From positions 446-64,445 of the forward strand of contig CAMHOK010000001.1 in NCBI GenBank assembly GCA_946186735.1: a DNA stretch of 64,000 nucleotides, given 5' to 3'. This document shows, one piece after another, positions 10,275 through 18,215 of the stretch. Under the pieces are notes generated by a model. The model was given only the letters and a program-made list of their open reading frames with translations, ran no database searches and was not told where the DNA came from. The DNA comes from an uncultured Bacteroidales bacterium (GTDB lineage: Bacteria; Bacteroidota; Bacteroidia; Bacteroidales; Paludibacteraceae). The position numbers and the translations under genes were made by a program. Numbering within the stretch: the stretch's first letter is position 1; each line of letters opens with the position of its first letter.

Positions 10275-11150
10275 TTATTTGTTTGTTGTCAGTATTTTTA
10301 CGCCTGCCACTTCGGTGCTCAGCTCGCCTATGTTATCATACACTTCATCCACAGCGGTCATTATTCTTATGAAGTCGCAGTAGTCTAATCTCACGCTGTT
10401 GCCGTGGTCGTCAACAGCCCAGTCGAGGTCGAAACTGATGCCGTCGGCATCGCTGTTAGGTTTGTTGTCGGCATATCCGTAGTCGAGCACTTTCTGTGCG
10501 ATAGTGCCGTTGAACACCTGGTGGTGTGAGGCGAGACAGGTGCCGGAGACGGTGATGACGGTATCTTCTATCCACTCAGGGAAATAGGGTTGTGTATGGA
10601 AGCGGTTGCGCAGGGTGGTGTCGCTCTTGTGCCATGTCTTGGTGTAGTGGTGGCGGGTGAGCGGGTTGTTGTATTCAGAGCCTGCCAACTCATACCACTC
10701 GTCGTCGGGTAAGGCGTTGTTGTTGAGGTCTTGACTGACATACACTATGCCCGGTTCGCTCGACCCGTATTCTGCGTTCGATTGCATCAAGAAAGCGTTG
10801 CCTAAGACTTGGAAGTCGTAGGCTGAGGGGCGGTTGTTCACTTTCTGCCTGAAGCAGACGGTTACATACCCACCGAAGCCTCCTAAGGAGATGAGTGAGT
10901 TGGTGTTGAGAGCTTCTTGTGCTTTGCGGCACATGTCAGCGTGTGTGTCGCCCTGTTCGTAGGTAGGCATAATATTGACGAACTGCCCCATAGCCGGACA
11001 ATACTCTATGACCATGAGCGGTTGTTCGTCGGCGGGCTCTTCTCCGTGATGTGGCTTAGAGCAACCCACACACAAAAGGACAAGCGCTAACGCACTCGCC
11101 ATAAGACACCTAAAGAGCTTTCGTTGTGTAATAGTCAGTTGTTCTCTCAT
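10275..11150 (-). CDS. Putative cell-surface lipoprotein, first gene of the B12-riboswitch operon
   Basis: Signal/lipobox-like ALALVLLCVGCSK. Lies directly downstream of the riboswitch. No specific family recognised with certainty. Confidence 0.55.
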   Translation of the reverse strand: MREQLTITQRKLFRCLMASALALVLLCVGCSKPHHGEEPADEQPLMVIEYCPAMGQFVNIMPTYEQGDTHADMCRKAQEALNTNSLISLGGFGGYVTVCFRQKVNNRPSAYDFQVLGNAFLMQSNAEYGSSEPGIVYVSQDLNNNALPDDEWYELAGSEYNNPLTRHHYTKTWHKSDTTLRNRFHTQPYFPEWIEDTVITVSGTCLASHHQVFNGTIAQKVLDYGYADNKPNSDADGISFDLDWAVDDHGNSVRLDYCDFIRIMTAVDEVYDNIGELSTEVAGVKILTTNK

Positions 11151-11184
11151 GCTTTATGTCTCCTATCCTCGGGAGCCAATAAAA

Positions 11185-11372
11185 CTCAATGATGGCAGGT
11201 CTTCCGGCTTGTGATGCTTGCTCTTGCCTTCCCATCCGCTGTTTGGCGGACAGTGGCTTGAGACTTAGAGCAAACGTTCAATCACTTACGGCTGCGGGAC
11301 AGCGCAGGAGTCGCACCTGCTTCCCATCTTAGTCAGTCGTGCTCGATGAGACGACTGAAACCACCATATCTT
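11185..11372 (-). promoter_or_regulatory. Cobalamin (B12) riboswitch
   Basis: The minus strand reads ATGGTGG...GGGAAGCAGGTGCGACTCCTGCGCTGTCCCGCAGCCGTAAG...GCCACTGTCCGCC...AAGCCGGAAGACCTGCCATCAT. The last element is a full B12 box (plus-strand 11195-11211). P1 pairing ATGGTGG/CTGCCAT is possible. Confidence 0.85.
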
Positions 11373-11396
11373 ATCGTTAATCTTAAACGACGCGGC

Positions 11397-11404
11397 AAAG
11401 ATAC
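11397..11404 (-). promoter_or_regulatory. -7 box TATCTTTG driving the riboswitch leader
   Basis: Minus-strand TAnnTTTG match about 25 nt upstream of the aptamer. Confidence 0.5.
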
Positions 11405-11554
11405 TGCTTTTTTTTCGTTTGAGCAAAAGAAGATGAATAATTATGTTATTAGGAAAAGATTAGGGCAGCATTAGTGTTGCTCTAAGCGTTTATGCCATGT
11501 CGGAGCAAAAACCTACTTTCGCAGTGCCAAACGGGGACTAAAGACGAAAAAGAG

Positions 11555-11761
11555 ATGAAACATATTCAACTCCTTGGCGCCATTGTGATGTGCGTGTTCG
11601 GCATGGCTCTGCTTGCCACAAGTTTTTTTGTTCCTCCTATGGGGATTATTGATCCCAGTGCTCTCGCCGCTTTTGCGGAGATACTCTCATTCAGTGGTGC
11701 CATCATAGGCATCGACTATAAGTATAAGAAGAAAGCGGACTCCTCGTCCGATAATTATTAA
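11555..11761 (+). CDS. Small 2-TM membrane protein with charged C-terminal tail (holin-like architecture)
   Basis: 68 aa from the ATG at 11555. Two hydrophobic helices (LLGAIVMCVFGMALLATSFFV, ALAAFAEILSFSGAIIGI) precede a KYKKKADSSSDNY tail. The upstream part of the 89-aa ORF is probably not translated. Confidence 0.5.
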   Translation: MKHIQLLGAIVMCVFGMALLATSFFVPPMGIIDPSALAAFAEILSFSGAIIGIDYKYKKKADSSSDNY

Positions 11762-11779
11762 CCTTAAAAGCAGACAGAC

Positions 11780-12295
11780 ATGACATGCTTAACATTGCTT
11801 CGGCGCGTTTTTACATCGAAGGAGACGGTAGGCACTCTCCTTCTTGATGACACTGAGCTCTGTTCGACTATAGAGCCCCCTGTTCGTCCTACTTCTCAAC
11901 ATCCCAAGGGCGCTATACCTATGGGTTGGTATGAGATGAGTGTTACCCATTCGCCGCGTTTTTCTCGTGCTCTTCCTTTGCTTCGGTTGGTTCCGGGTTT
12001 TGAGGGTGTGAGGATACATGCGGGCAATAGCAGCCGAGATACAGCCGGCTGCGTGCTTGTGGGCGAGTTGCCGGAAAAGGCTTGGCAAGAACCGGTAGGA
12101 GAAGGTAGGTGGCGACTGTTAGAGTCAAGGAAGACAGAGACCGGAGTAACTGAACTTATTAAACAACTATTGAGAGATGGACAAGTATATCTTTATATTA
12201 CTGATATTGAGCGGCACAATGCTGAGTTGTGCAAGAGTACCCAAGAGTGTCATAGCTTCCTCAGACGCTATGCAGTCGCTGCACCACTCGGATAG
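11780..12295 (+). CDS. DUF5675-like protein (possible peptidoglycan-active enzyme)
   Basis: Pattern TVGTLLLDD..C.T.E...KGAIPMGWYEM..THSPRF...LPLLRLVPGFEGVRIHAGNSSRDTAGCVLVGE is as I recall for the phage/bacterial DUF5675 family. The H-x9-GC spacing is reminiscent of YkuD-type His/Cys active sites. Confidence 0.6.
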   Translation: MTCLTLLRRVFTSKETVGTLLLDDTELCSTIEPPVRPTSQHPKGAIPMGWYEMSVTHSPRFSRALPLLRLVPGFEGVRIHAGNSSRDTAGCVLVGELPEKAWQEPVGEGRWRLLESRKTETGVTELIKQLLRDGQVYLYITDIERHNAELCKSTQECHSFLRRYAVAAPLG

Positions 12296-12545
12296 CCTTA
12301 TGCTCTTCGACAGTGTGTTGATAGTGATTGACGGAGATAAGGTATATAAGGAGCATACGCGTACCACCTATAATCTTCGCAAGAGCGACAAAGAGCAAGC
12401 TGTCCGGACCGAGGCTGTCAGACAAGACCAGAGCCACCATGGTTGGCGATGGTGGTTAGTGATAGCAGTGATAGTGTTAGCGGTGATAGCGATAGTCGTT
12501 GTGGCACTATGGGTTATCCGTCGTCTGAGATTGTTGTACCGTTAG
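12177..12545 (+). CDS. Protein with N-terminal lipoprotein signal and C-terminal TM anchor (unimolecular-spanin-like architecture)
   Basis: N-terminus MDKYIFILLILSGTMLSC. C-terminus WRWWLVIAVIVLAVIAIVVVALWVIRRLR. Overlaps the 3' end of the DUF5675 ORF in another frame. Confidence 0.45.
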   Translation: MDKYIFILLILSGTMLSCARVPKSVIASSDAMQSLHHSDSLMLFDSVLIVIDGDKVYKEHTRTTYNLRKSDKEQAVRTEAVRQDQSHHGWRWWLVIAVIVLAVIAIVVVALWVIRRLRLLYR

Positions 12546-12974
12546 TCCTATATCGCTGACACCTTTGAGCCTTTCGTCGCGCATGAGGTGTCGGATACTC
12601 AGAGAGCAACTATCGTTTCGCAGGAAGCGGTAGTTGCTTTTGTATAAGACGGGCATCTCGTATAGTCTGCCGTTATGGCTGCCTAACCATTGTCCTCGTT
12701 GGTCTGCCAGATAGAACTCAATAGTGTCGGTCAAGGTGCTGTCGATGTTCACCTCGAGCCAGATGTTCTGATAGGGGTAGAGGTTGGTGTGGCGCATGAA
12801 GAGAAGCAGGTCATAAGCGGCGATGGTGTCGGGCAGGAAACAGAAGGTGACGACGGTGTCAGCATCCCAACCGGCAAGCGGAAGGTTATGTCGAGACGAA
12901 TAGATGGTCCTCGGGGTGCAGGCAGAGCACAACAAGACTAATGAAAATAGAGATATATAGAAGATTTTTCGCAT
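12507..12974 (-). CDS. gldH: Gliding-motility/T9SS-associated lipoprotein GldH
   Basis: Lipoprotein signal LVLLCSAC. Conserved YPYQNIWLEV and FYLADQRGQWLG segments. Typical synteny downstream of PSP1 and holB. Confidence 0.75.
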   Translation of the reverse strand: MRKIFYISLFSLVLLCSACTPRTIYSSRHNLPLAGWDADTVVTFCFLPDTIAAYDLLLFMRHTNLYPYQNIWLEVNIDSTLTDTIEFYLADQRGQWLGSHNGRLYEMPVLYKSNYRFLRNDSCSLSIRHLMRDERLKGVSDIGLTVQQSQTTDNP

Positions 12975-12977
12975 GTC

Positions 12978-14069
12978 TTATCTGTTTTTCTTTGCCTTGC
13001 GTTTCTTGTCGAAGCGTGTGAGGTCGTCTTGACCTACCACATTCTTGTAGTCGATTTCGGGTATGAGGTTGGCTTTCTTGCCCGACAGCTTGGCAGGTTT
13101 CTCTCCTTTCTTGTTCATCTCAATAATCTTCCACGCTTCTTCTGAGCTTATCATCTGCAGGTTAGCGGGGAAGGCGGGAGAGGTGGAGTAGGTCAGTTCG
13201 CCTCTAAGAGGGTTAGATGAGAAGAGGAAATAAGTGCCTTCGAGTGTCTCGAGTTGGATATCTTTGCTTGGCATCTTGCTCAGTGCTTCTTGATATTGGT
13301 CGAGTTCGTAACTCAGGCAGCACTTGAGTTTGGCGCATTGTCCTGCGAGTTTCTGCGGGTTGAGCGAGAGGTTCTGTGTGCGTGCGGCGGCGGTGCCTAC
13401 TGAGTAGAAGTTGCTCAGCCAAGTGGTGCAGCACAACTCTCTACCGCAAGGTCCGGTTCCTCCTATTCGTCCTGCCTCTTGACGGGCACCTATCTGCTTC
13501 ATCTCGATGCGTACACGGAAAGTCTCGGCATAGACCTTGATGAGTTGACGGAAATCAACGCGTTGGTCTGCAATGTAATAGAAGATAGCTTTGGTGCCGT
13601 CGCCTTGATACTCCACATCGCCTATCTTCATCTGCAGTCCTAACGATTGTGCTAATTGTCGGGCTCTGATCATCGTGTCCTGCTCTTTGGCTTTAGCCTC
13701 TTCTGCCCTTTTGATATCGTTCTCGGTGGCGAGTCGGTAGATCTGTCTGACCTCGTACCTATTGAGGTCGATACGGTTCTTGCGCATCTGCAGCTCCACC
13801 AGCTTGCCGGTGAGAGTAACTGTTCCTATGTCGTGTCCGGGATTGGCTTCTACGGCTACGATGTCGCCTTTCTCGAGGTCGAGCATCTGCTCGTTGCGAT
13901 AATAGCCTTTGCGGGTGTTCTTGAACTGCACCTCAACAAGCTGGCTCTTCTGCATGTCATCAAGGTCGCTCAGCCAATCGGTAACAGGAAGCATCTGGCG
14001 CGAGTTGCATCTGCAACCGCGGATACCATATTGGCAGGTGCCGTTATTAAGTGTGTAGTTGTTGTTCAT
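12978..14069 (-). CDS. PSP1 domain protein (RicT/YaaT-like)
   Basis: PSP1 C-terminal domain with a Cys-rich segment (GPCGRELCCTTWL...CAKLKCCLSYE). Confidence 0.85.
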   Translation of the reverse strand: MNNNYTLNNGTCQYGIRGCRCNSRQMLPVTDWLSDLDDMQKSQLVEVQFKNTRKGYYRNEQMLDLEKGDIVAVEANPGHDIGTVTLTGKLVELQMRKNRIDLNRYEVRQIYRLATENDIKRAEEAKAKEQDTMIRARQLAQSLGLQMKIGDVEYQGDGTKAIFYYIADQRVDFRQLIKVYAETFRVRIEMKQIGARQEAGRIGGTGPCGRELCCTTWLSNFYSVGTAAARTQNLSLNPQKLAGQCAKLKCCLSYELDQYQEALSKMPSKDIQLETLEGTYFLFSSNPLRGELTYSTSPAFPANLQMISSEEAWKIIEMNKKGEKPAKLSGKKANLIPEIDYKNVVGQDDLTRFDKKRKAKKNR

Positions 14070-14086
14070 GTTGTTTGTTATTAATT

Positions 14087-14132
14087 TCTAACAGCGCAGC
14101 GGTCTAACCTCTAACAGCGCAGCGGTCTAACC
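14087..14132. repeat. Intercistronic tandem repeat array, 2 x 23 nt (TCTAACAGCGCAGCGGTCTAACC)
   Basis: Two perfect tandem copies. The holB stop codon (14127-14129) lies inside copy 2. The array ends 18 nt before the PSP1 start. Confidence 0.95.
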
Positions 14133-15269
14133 TCTCTTTATTAACAAGATCATTTGCAGGCTCAGGTCGAAGAAGATCATTTTTGCGTTTCCGTTTTGTT
14201 CTATCTGTCGTTGAGCGAGCGTTAGTTGTTGCATTATCTGTTCTACATTATGCTCGTTGATGAAGGGTGCGAACTTCGAAGAGAACTGTTGTTCGGCGTT
14301 GGTCATGTAGTTGATCTTGGGTTGTTGGTAGTTAGCTATGAAGTTCTCTCTTACGAGTCGTTGTGCATATTGCAGGAAGGCTTTTTGTCGTTCTCTGCCG
14401 AAGGTGGAAGCCGCCATCTCTTCGCTCCATTTTTTCATATCGAGCAGTGCATCCACTTGTTTTTTGTGTCCCACGAGCCACGCGTTCCGCATGAGTCTTT
14501 GGAAGGAGGCGAACATGCGGTTGTTGTCTTCGGAGGTATTGATTGTCTGCAGAGCCTTGAGCCAACTGCCGGCTGCTATATGTGCTACGGCTTGGCTCTC
14601 CTCCGTGCTTATGTTGAAGCGTTGGTTGAGTGCGGTGGCTATCTGCTCTTCGCTGAGCAATCCGACGGGTCGTTGTTGTACGCGCGAGAGGATAGTGGGT
14701 AGCAGCTGGTCGGGCTCTTCGGAGACGAGGAGGAAGATGGTTTTCTCGGGCGGCTCTTCAAGTATCTTAAGCAGTTTGTTGGCGGCGGTGGTGTTCATCT
14801 TCTCCGGTAGCCAGATGATCATCACTTTGTAGCCGTTGCCATAAGCTTTGAGTGATAACTTGCGCAGTATCTCACCGCTCTCTTTCTCGTAGATCATCCC
14901 TTGTTTGGTCTCCACTCCGAGTTTGATGTACCAGTCGTTGAGGTCGAAATAAGTCTTTTCGAGTATGAGCTGTTGGAAGAGTGGTGCGAAGGTGTCGCAT
15001 ACTTCACCTTTCTCTACTATAGGGAAGACGAAGTGGAGGTCGGGGTGTTGCAGTTTGCTATATTGCAGGCATGTCGGGCAGTGTCCGCAAGAGTCGGTGT
15101 CGGTAGGGTGTTCGCATGCCATATATTGGGCATAGGCAAGTGCCAGTTGCATCTTCCCCACGCCTCTGCTTCCGGTGAAGAGTTGTGCATGTGCCACTTG
15201 TCCTGTCCTCAGCGATTGCCGGAGGGCTTGTTTGACATCTTCTTGTCCTATGACATCTTTAAACTGCAT
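14127..15269 (-). CDS. holB: DNA polymerase III subunit delta'
   Basis: AAA+ clamp-loader motifs HAQLFTGSRGVGK, the Zn-module C..C..C, and SRVQ (SRC-like). Confidence 0.85.
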   Translation of the reverse strand: MQFKDVIGQEDVKQALRQSLRTGQVAHAQLFTGSRGVGKMQLALAYAQYMACEHPTDTDSCGHCPTCLQYSKLQHPDLHFVFPIVEKGEVCDTFAPLFQQLILEKTYFDLNDWYIKLGVETKQGMIYEKESGEILRKLSLKAYGNGYKVMIIWLPEKMNTTAANKLLKILEEPPEKTIFLLVSEEPDQLLPTILSRVQQRPVGLLSEEQIATALNQRFNISTEESQAVAHIAAGSWLKALQTINTSEDNNRMFASFQRLMRNAWLVGHKKQVDALLDMKKWSEEMAASTFGRERQKAFLQYAQRLVRENFIANYQQPKINYMTNAEQQFSSKFAPFINEHNVEQIMQQLTLAQRQIEQNGNAKMIFFDLSLQMILLIKRG

Positions 15270-15293
15270 GTGGTATATGTAAGAGTTGTTGGT

Positions 15294-15875
15294 TTAATCG
15301 ATGAGTTTCATCACTTCGTTGCGTGTCTCGAGTCGGTTGAAGGCGCCTGTGAAGTCGGAGGTAACGGTGAGCGAGTGCTGTTTCTGTACGCCACGCATCT
15401 GCATGCACAGGTGCTCGGCTTCTATCACTACGATGACGCCGAGCGGGTCGAGGGTGTTCTGGATACACTCTTTGATTTGTGTGGTGAGTCTTTCTTGCAC
15501 TTGCAGTCGTCGTGCGAACACATCCACTACGCGGGCTATCTTGCTCAGTCCTGTTATCTTACCGTTAGGTATGTATGCCACATGTGCTTTGCCGAAGAAT
15601 GGCAGCAGGTGGTGTTCGCATAGCGAGTAGAACTCTATATTTTTGACTATCACCATCTGTTGATAGTCTTCTTCAAAAAGAGCGGAGCGAAGGATAGCTT
15701 CGGGGTCTTCGGCATAACCTTTGGTCAGATACTGAAGAGCCACCCCCATGCGGTGCGGTGTCTTCTTCAAGCCTTCGCGATAGGGGTCTTCTCCTATGGT
15801 CTTGAGCACATCGGTGAACTTATCTTCTAACGCTTCAGTGACGGCTATGTGTGGTGTGAATGCTTGCAGGTCCAT
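15294..15875 (-). CDS. folE: GTP cyclohydrolase I
   Basis: [20 protein letters not shown] and the QERLT motif. Confidence 0.93.
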   Translation of the reverse strand: MDLQAFTPHIAVTEALEDKFTDVLKTIGEDPYREGLKKTPHRMGVALQYLTKGYAEDPEAILRSALFEEDYQQMVIVKNIEFYSLCEHHLLPFFGKAHVAYIPNGKITGLSKIARVVDVFARRLQVQERLTTQIKECIQNTLDPLGVIVVIEAEHLCMQMRGVQKQHSLTVTSDFTGAFNRLETRNEVMKLID

Positions 15876-15883
15876 GTTGATTT

Positions 15884-15921
15884 TGATTATTCCATTACTG
15901 TTTGATTATTCCATTACTGTT
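15884..15921. repeat. Perfect 19-nt tandem duplication (TGATTATTCCATTACTGTT x2) spanning the SPOR gene stop codon
   Basis: Copy 2 contains the last codons and the stop of the 15906..16331 gene. Copy 1 fills most of the spacer to the folE start. Confidence 0.95.
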
Positions 15922-16331
15922 ATCTTGTCTCTAACGACATAGGTGTCGCCTTGCAGGTCCGGCAGGCGTGTGATGAGATCTTCTTTGAGCAGTTGTGCAT
16001 CTTCTTGTGTGCGAAAATCGCCTATACGCACTTTCCAGAAAGGCGGGTTATAAAGTACATAGATGTTCTCGCTCAGGTTCATCTCTTGCAGCCTTTTCTC
16101 CAGAGCAAAGGCTTCGGCTTTGGCTGTCTGTTGGCGATTAGACGAGAAGATCTGTACTCGGTAGCCTTGTATCTCTACTGCTTGTCGCTCGCGTCCTTCT
16201 ATCTTGTCGTTGATAAGACGGGTGATGGTTGAGTCTTGATGAACAATAACGCGTGGCATGTCGCGCAAGATGTCTTGTGCCATCATCAGTGATGACACAC
16301 ACAGAAGGGTTATTATGAATGTTTTTCTCAT
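15906..16331 (-). CDS. SPOR domain protein
   Basis: Signal peptide plus a C-terminal SPOR-like repeat (YRVQIFSS...FWKVRIGDFRTQEDA). Confidence 0.75.
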   Translation of the reverse strand: MRKTFIITLLCVSSLMMAQDILRDMPRVIVHQDSTITRLINDKIEGRERQAVEIQGYRVQIFSSNRQQTAKAEAFALEKRLQEMNLSENIYVLYNPPFWKVRIGDFRTQEDAQLLKEDLITRLPDLQGDTYVVRDKITVME

Positions 16332-16340
16332 TGTGTCTAT

Positions 16341-16398
16341 CTAACTTCTAACAGTGAAACGGTCTAACAGTGAAACGGTCTAACAGCGCAGCGGTCTA
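16341..16398. repeat. Intercistronic tandem repeat array, 3 x 16 nt (CTAACAGTGAAACGGT x2, CTAACAGCGCAGCGGT) plus partial units
   Basis: Read directly from the sequence. The next partial unit (CTA) is the stop codon of the uridine-kinase-like gene. Confidence 0.95.
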
Positions 16399-18129
16399 AT
16401 ATCTAAACGAGCTTCCTCCGACGAACTCGCGTAGCAGCGATGTTGGCGGTATTGCTTTTTCGGAGATGGGCACGAAGTATTGCAGGAACTTGAGCATGCG
16501 GTGTGCCTCGGTATATTCTTCGCAGAACTTAGGCACCTCGGCAAGTATGCGTTCGGCATGTCTCTTGAGCACCGACAGTTCGAAGAGCAGAGCGGAGTTG
16601 AACATGACGTCGGCTTCTTCTTGGAAGGGGTAGATCCATTTTTTCTCGCCTCTCTGTACGCTCTCGTATCTGGCTATGGTCTCTCGTGCCGAGTAGTTAC
16701 GATAGCGGTAGTCTCTGACGATGCGTCTGAGCAGTCGGGTGTCGGTGGTGGGTATCCAGTTGTGGTTGTCGAGGTTGATGGTGGTTAGTGCCGACACATA
16801 GATCTTGAAGGTGGCTTCGCGCGGCATGTTAGGCATGAGCGAGGGGTTGAGGGCATGTATGCCTTCGAGGATGATGACGGTGTTGTCTTCTATCTGCACC
16901 TTGCGTCCCACCCATTGGCGTTTGCCGGTCTCGAAGTTATACTCAGGTATGTCTATCTCTTTGCCTTGTAGCAGGTCGTTCATCTGTTCGCGGAACAGAG
17001 GCAGGTCGAGCGCGTTGATATCTTCGAAGTCATATTCGCCATTCTCGTCTTTAGGTGTGTCCACACGATTGACGAAATAGTTGTCCATAGAGATGACCAC
17101 GGGCATTATTCCGTTGACGCGCAGCTGTATGCGCAGGCGTTTGGAGAAGGTGGTCTTACCTGACGATGACGGACCTGAGATGAGCACGAACTTAGGTCTG
17201 CCGTTCTCGCGGTTGGTGATCATGTCGGCAATCTGTGCCACTTTCTTTTCTTGCAGGGCTTCAGAGAGCTTGATGATCTCTTCCACTTTGTTGCTCCGGC
17301 AGATGCGATTGAAGTCGCTCACGTCGCGTATGCCCAGCAGCTTGTTCCAGCTCAGATACTCGCTGAAAGAGTTGAACATCTTGTCTTGAACGATGGTATC
17401 TTCCAGCTTGACGGGGTTCTGACGGTCGGGTATGCGTATGAGCATGCCGTCGAAATACGGTTCGATATCGAAGATGCTCAGATAGCCGGACGAAGGCATG
17501 AGTACTCCCATGTAATAGTCGATATAGTCGCCCATGGAGAAGTATCGGCAATAAGGCATACCCAAGGTCTCGAAGATACTGCCGTCTTCTTCAGAGCGCT
17601 CTTTGAATAGCTTCATCACCTCCACAGTGCGCTTCTCTTGGTTGATGATTGGGCGGTCTTCGGCAATGATGTCAAGCACCCGCTGCTTGATATCCTTGAT
17701 TATCTGCTTTGTGAGAGGTATCTGCTCACCTTTCTCGCCTTGCAAGGTGCAGTAGTAACCCTTGCATATAGGGTGTTCGATGCGCAGGTCGGCTCCCGCA
17801 TACAACTCTCTGATGGCGCAAGCAATGACCATGCTCAATGTTCTTACATAGCAACGCATACCGCTCGGGCAACTGATATCAACAAACTCAATATCCTTGG
17901 GCCGATAGATGAGGAAATGGAGGTCTTCTAATTTGTAGTTGACATGGGCAGCCACCACCTTGTAAGGCAGAGAGAGACCTATGAGTTGGTAGATCTCCAA
18001 GAGTGAACTGCCGCGTGGCACTTCGTAATACTGCTTGTTGTTCTTGCAGTAGATAGTGACGGTCTGTGTTTTAGGCATTGCGGATAGTGTCTTGTTGACT
18101 TCCACATCCGAGGGGAAAGTAGGTTGCAT
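16396..18129 (-). CDS. Uridine kinase-family nucleoside kinase with N-terminal TGS/ThrRS-like extension
   Basis: P-loop ISGPSSSGKTTFSKRL and a Udk-like C-terminal half. The ATG at 18129 is preferred over the TTG at 18138. Confidence 0.75.
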   Translation of the reverse strand: MQPTFPSDVEVNKTLSAMPKTQTVTIYCKNNKQYYEVPRGSSLLEIYQLIGLSLPYKVVAAHVNYKLEDLHFLIYRPKDIEFVDISCPSGMRCYVRTLSMVIACAIRELYAGADLRIEHPICKGYYCTLQGEKGEQIPLTKQIIKDIKQRVLDIIAEDRPIINQEKRTVEVMKLFKERSEEDGSIFETLGMPYCRYFSMGDYIDYYMGVLMPSSGYLSIFDIEPYFDGMLIRIPDRQNPVKLEDTIVQDKMFNSFSEYLSWNKLLGIRDVSDFNRICRSNKVEEIIKLSEALQEKKVAQIADMITNRENGRPKFVLISGPSSSGKTTFSKRLRIQLRVNGIMPVVISMDNYFVNRVDTPKDENGEYDFEDINALDLPLFREQMNDLLQGKEIDIPEYNFETGKRQWVGRKVQIEDNTVIILEGIHALNPSLMPNMPREATFKIYVSALTTINLDNHNWIPTTDTRLLRRIVRDYRYRNYSARETIARYESVQRGEKKWIYPFQEEADVMFNSALLFELSVLKRHAERILAEVPKFCEEYTEAHRMLKFLQYFVPISEKAIPPTSLLREFVGGSSFRY

Positions 18130-18152
18130 ATAAGACAAGATTTATGAATTTG

Positions 18153-18160
18153 CAAAAGTA
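18153..18160 (-). promoter_or_regulatory. -7 box TACTTTTG for the nucleoside kinase gene
   Basis: Minus-strand TAnnTTTG match about 24 nt upstream of the ATG at 18129. Confidence 0.45.
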
Positions 18161-18215
18161 CGAAAAAATTCGGAAATAGACAAGCTCTGTTTTTTAAACT
18201 TAAGTTTTCGGCCTC

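Noticed and set aside
14087-14132. Tandem 16/23-nt repeat arrays (also at 16341, 28683, 37066 and 50055) considered as CRISPR arrays.
   Set aside because: The units are directly adjacent with no unique spacers and are much shorter than CRISPR repeats. The arrays have only 2-4 units, and the window contains no cas genes.
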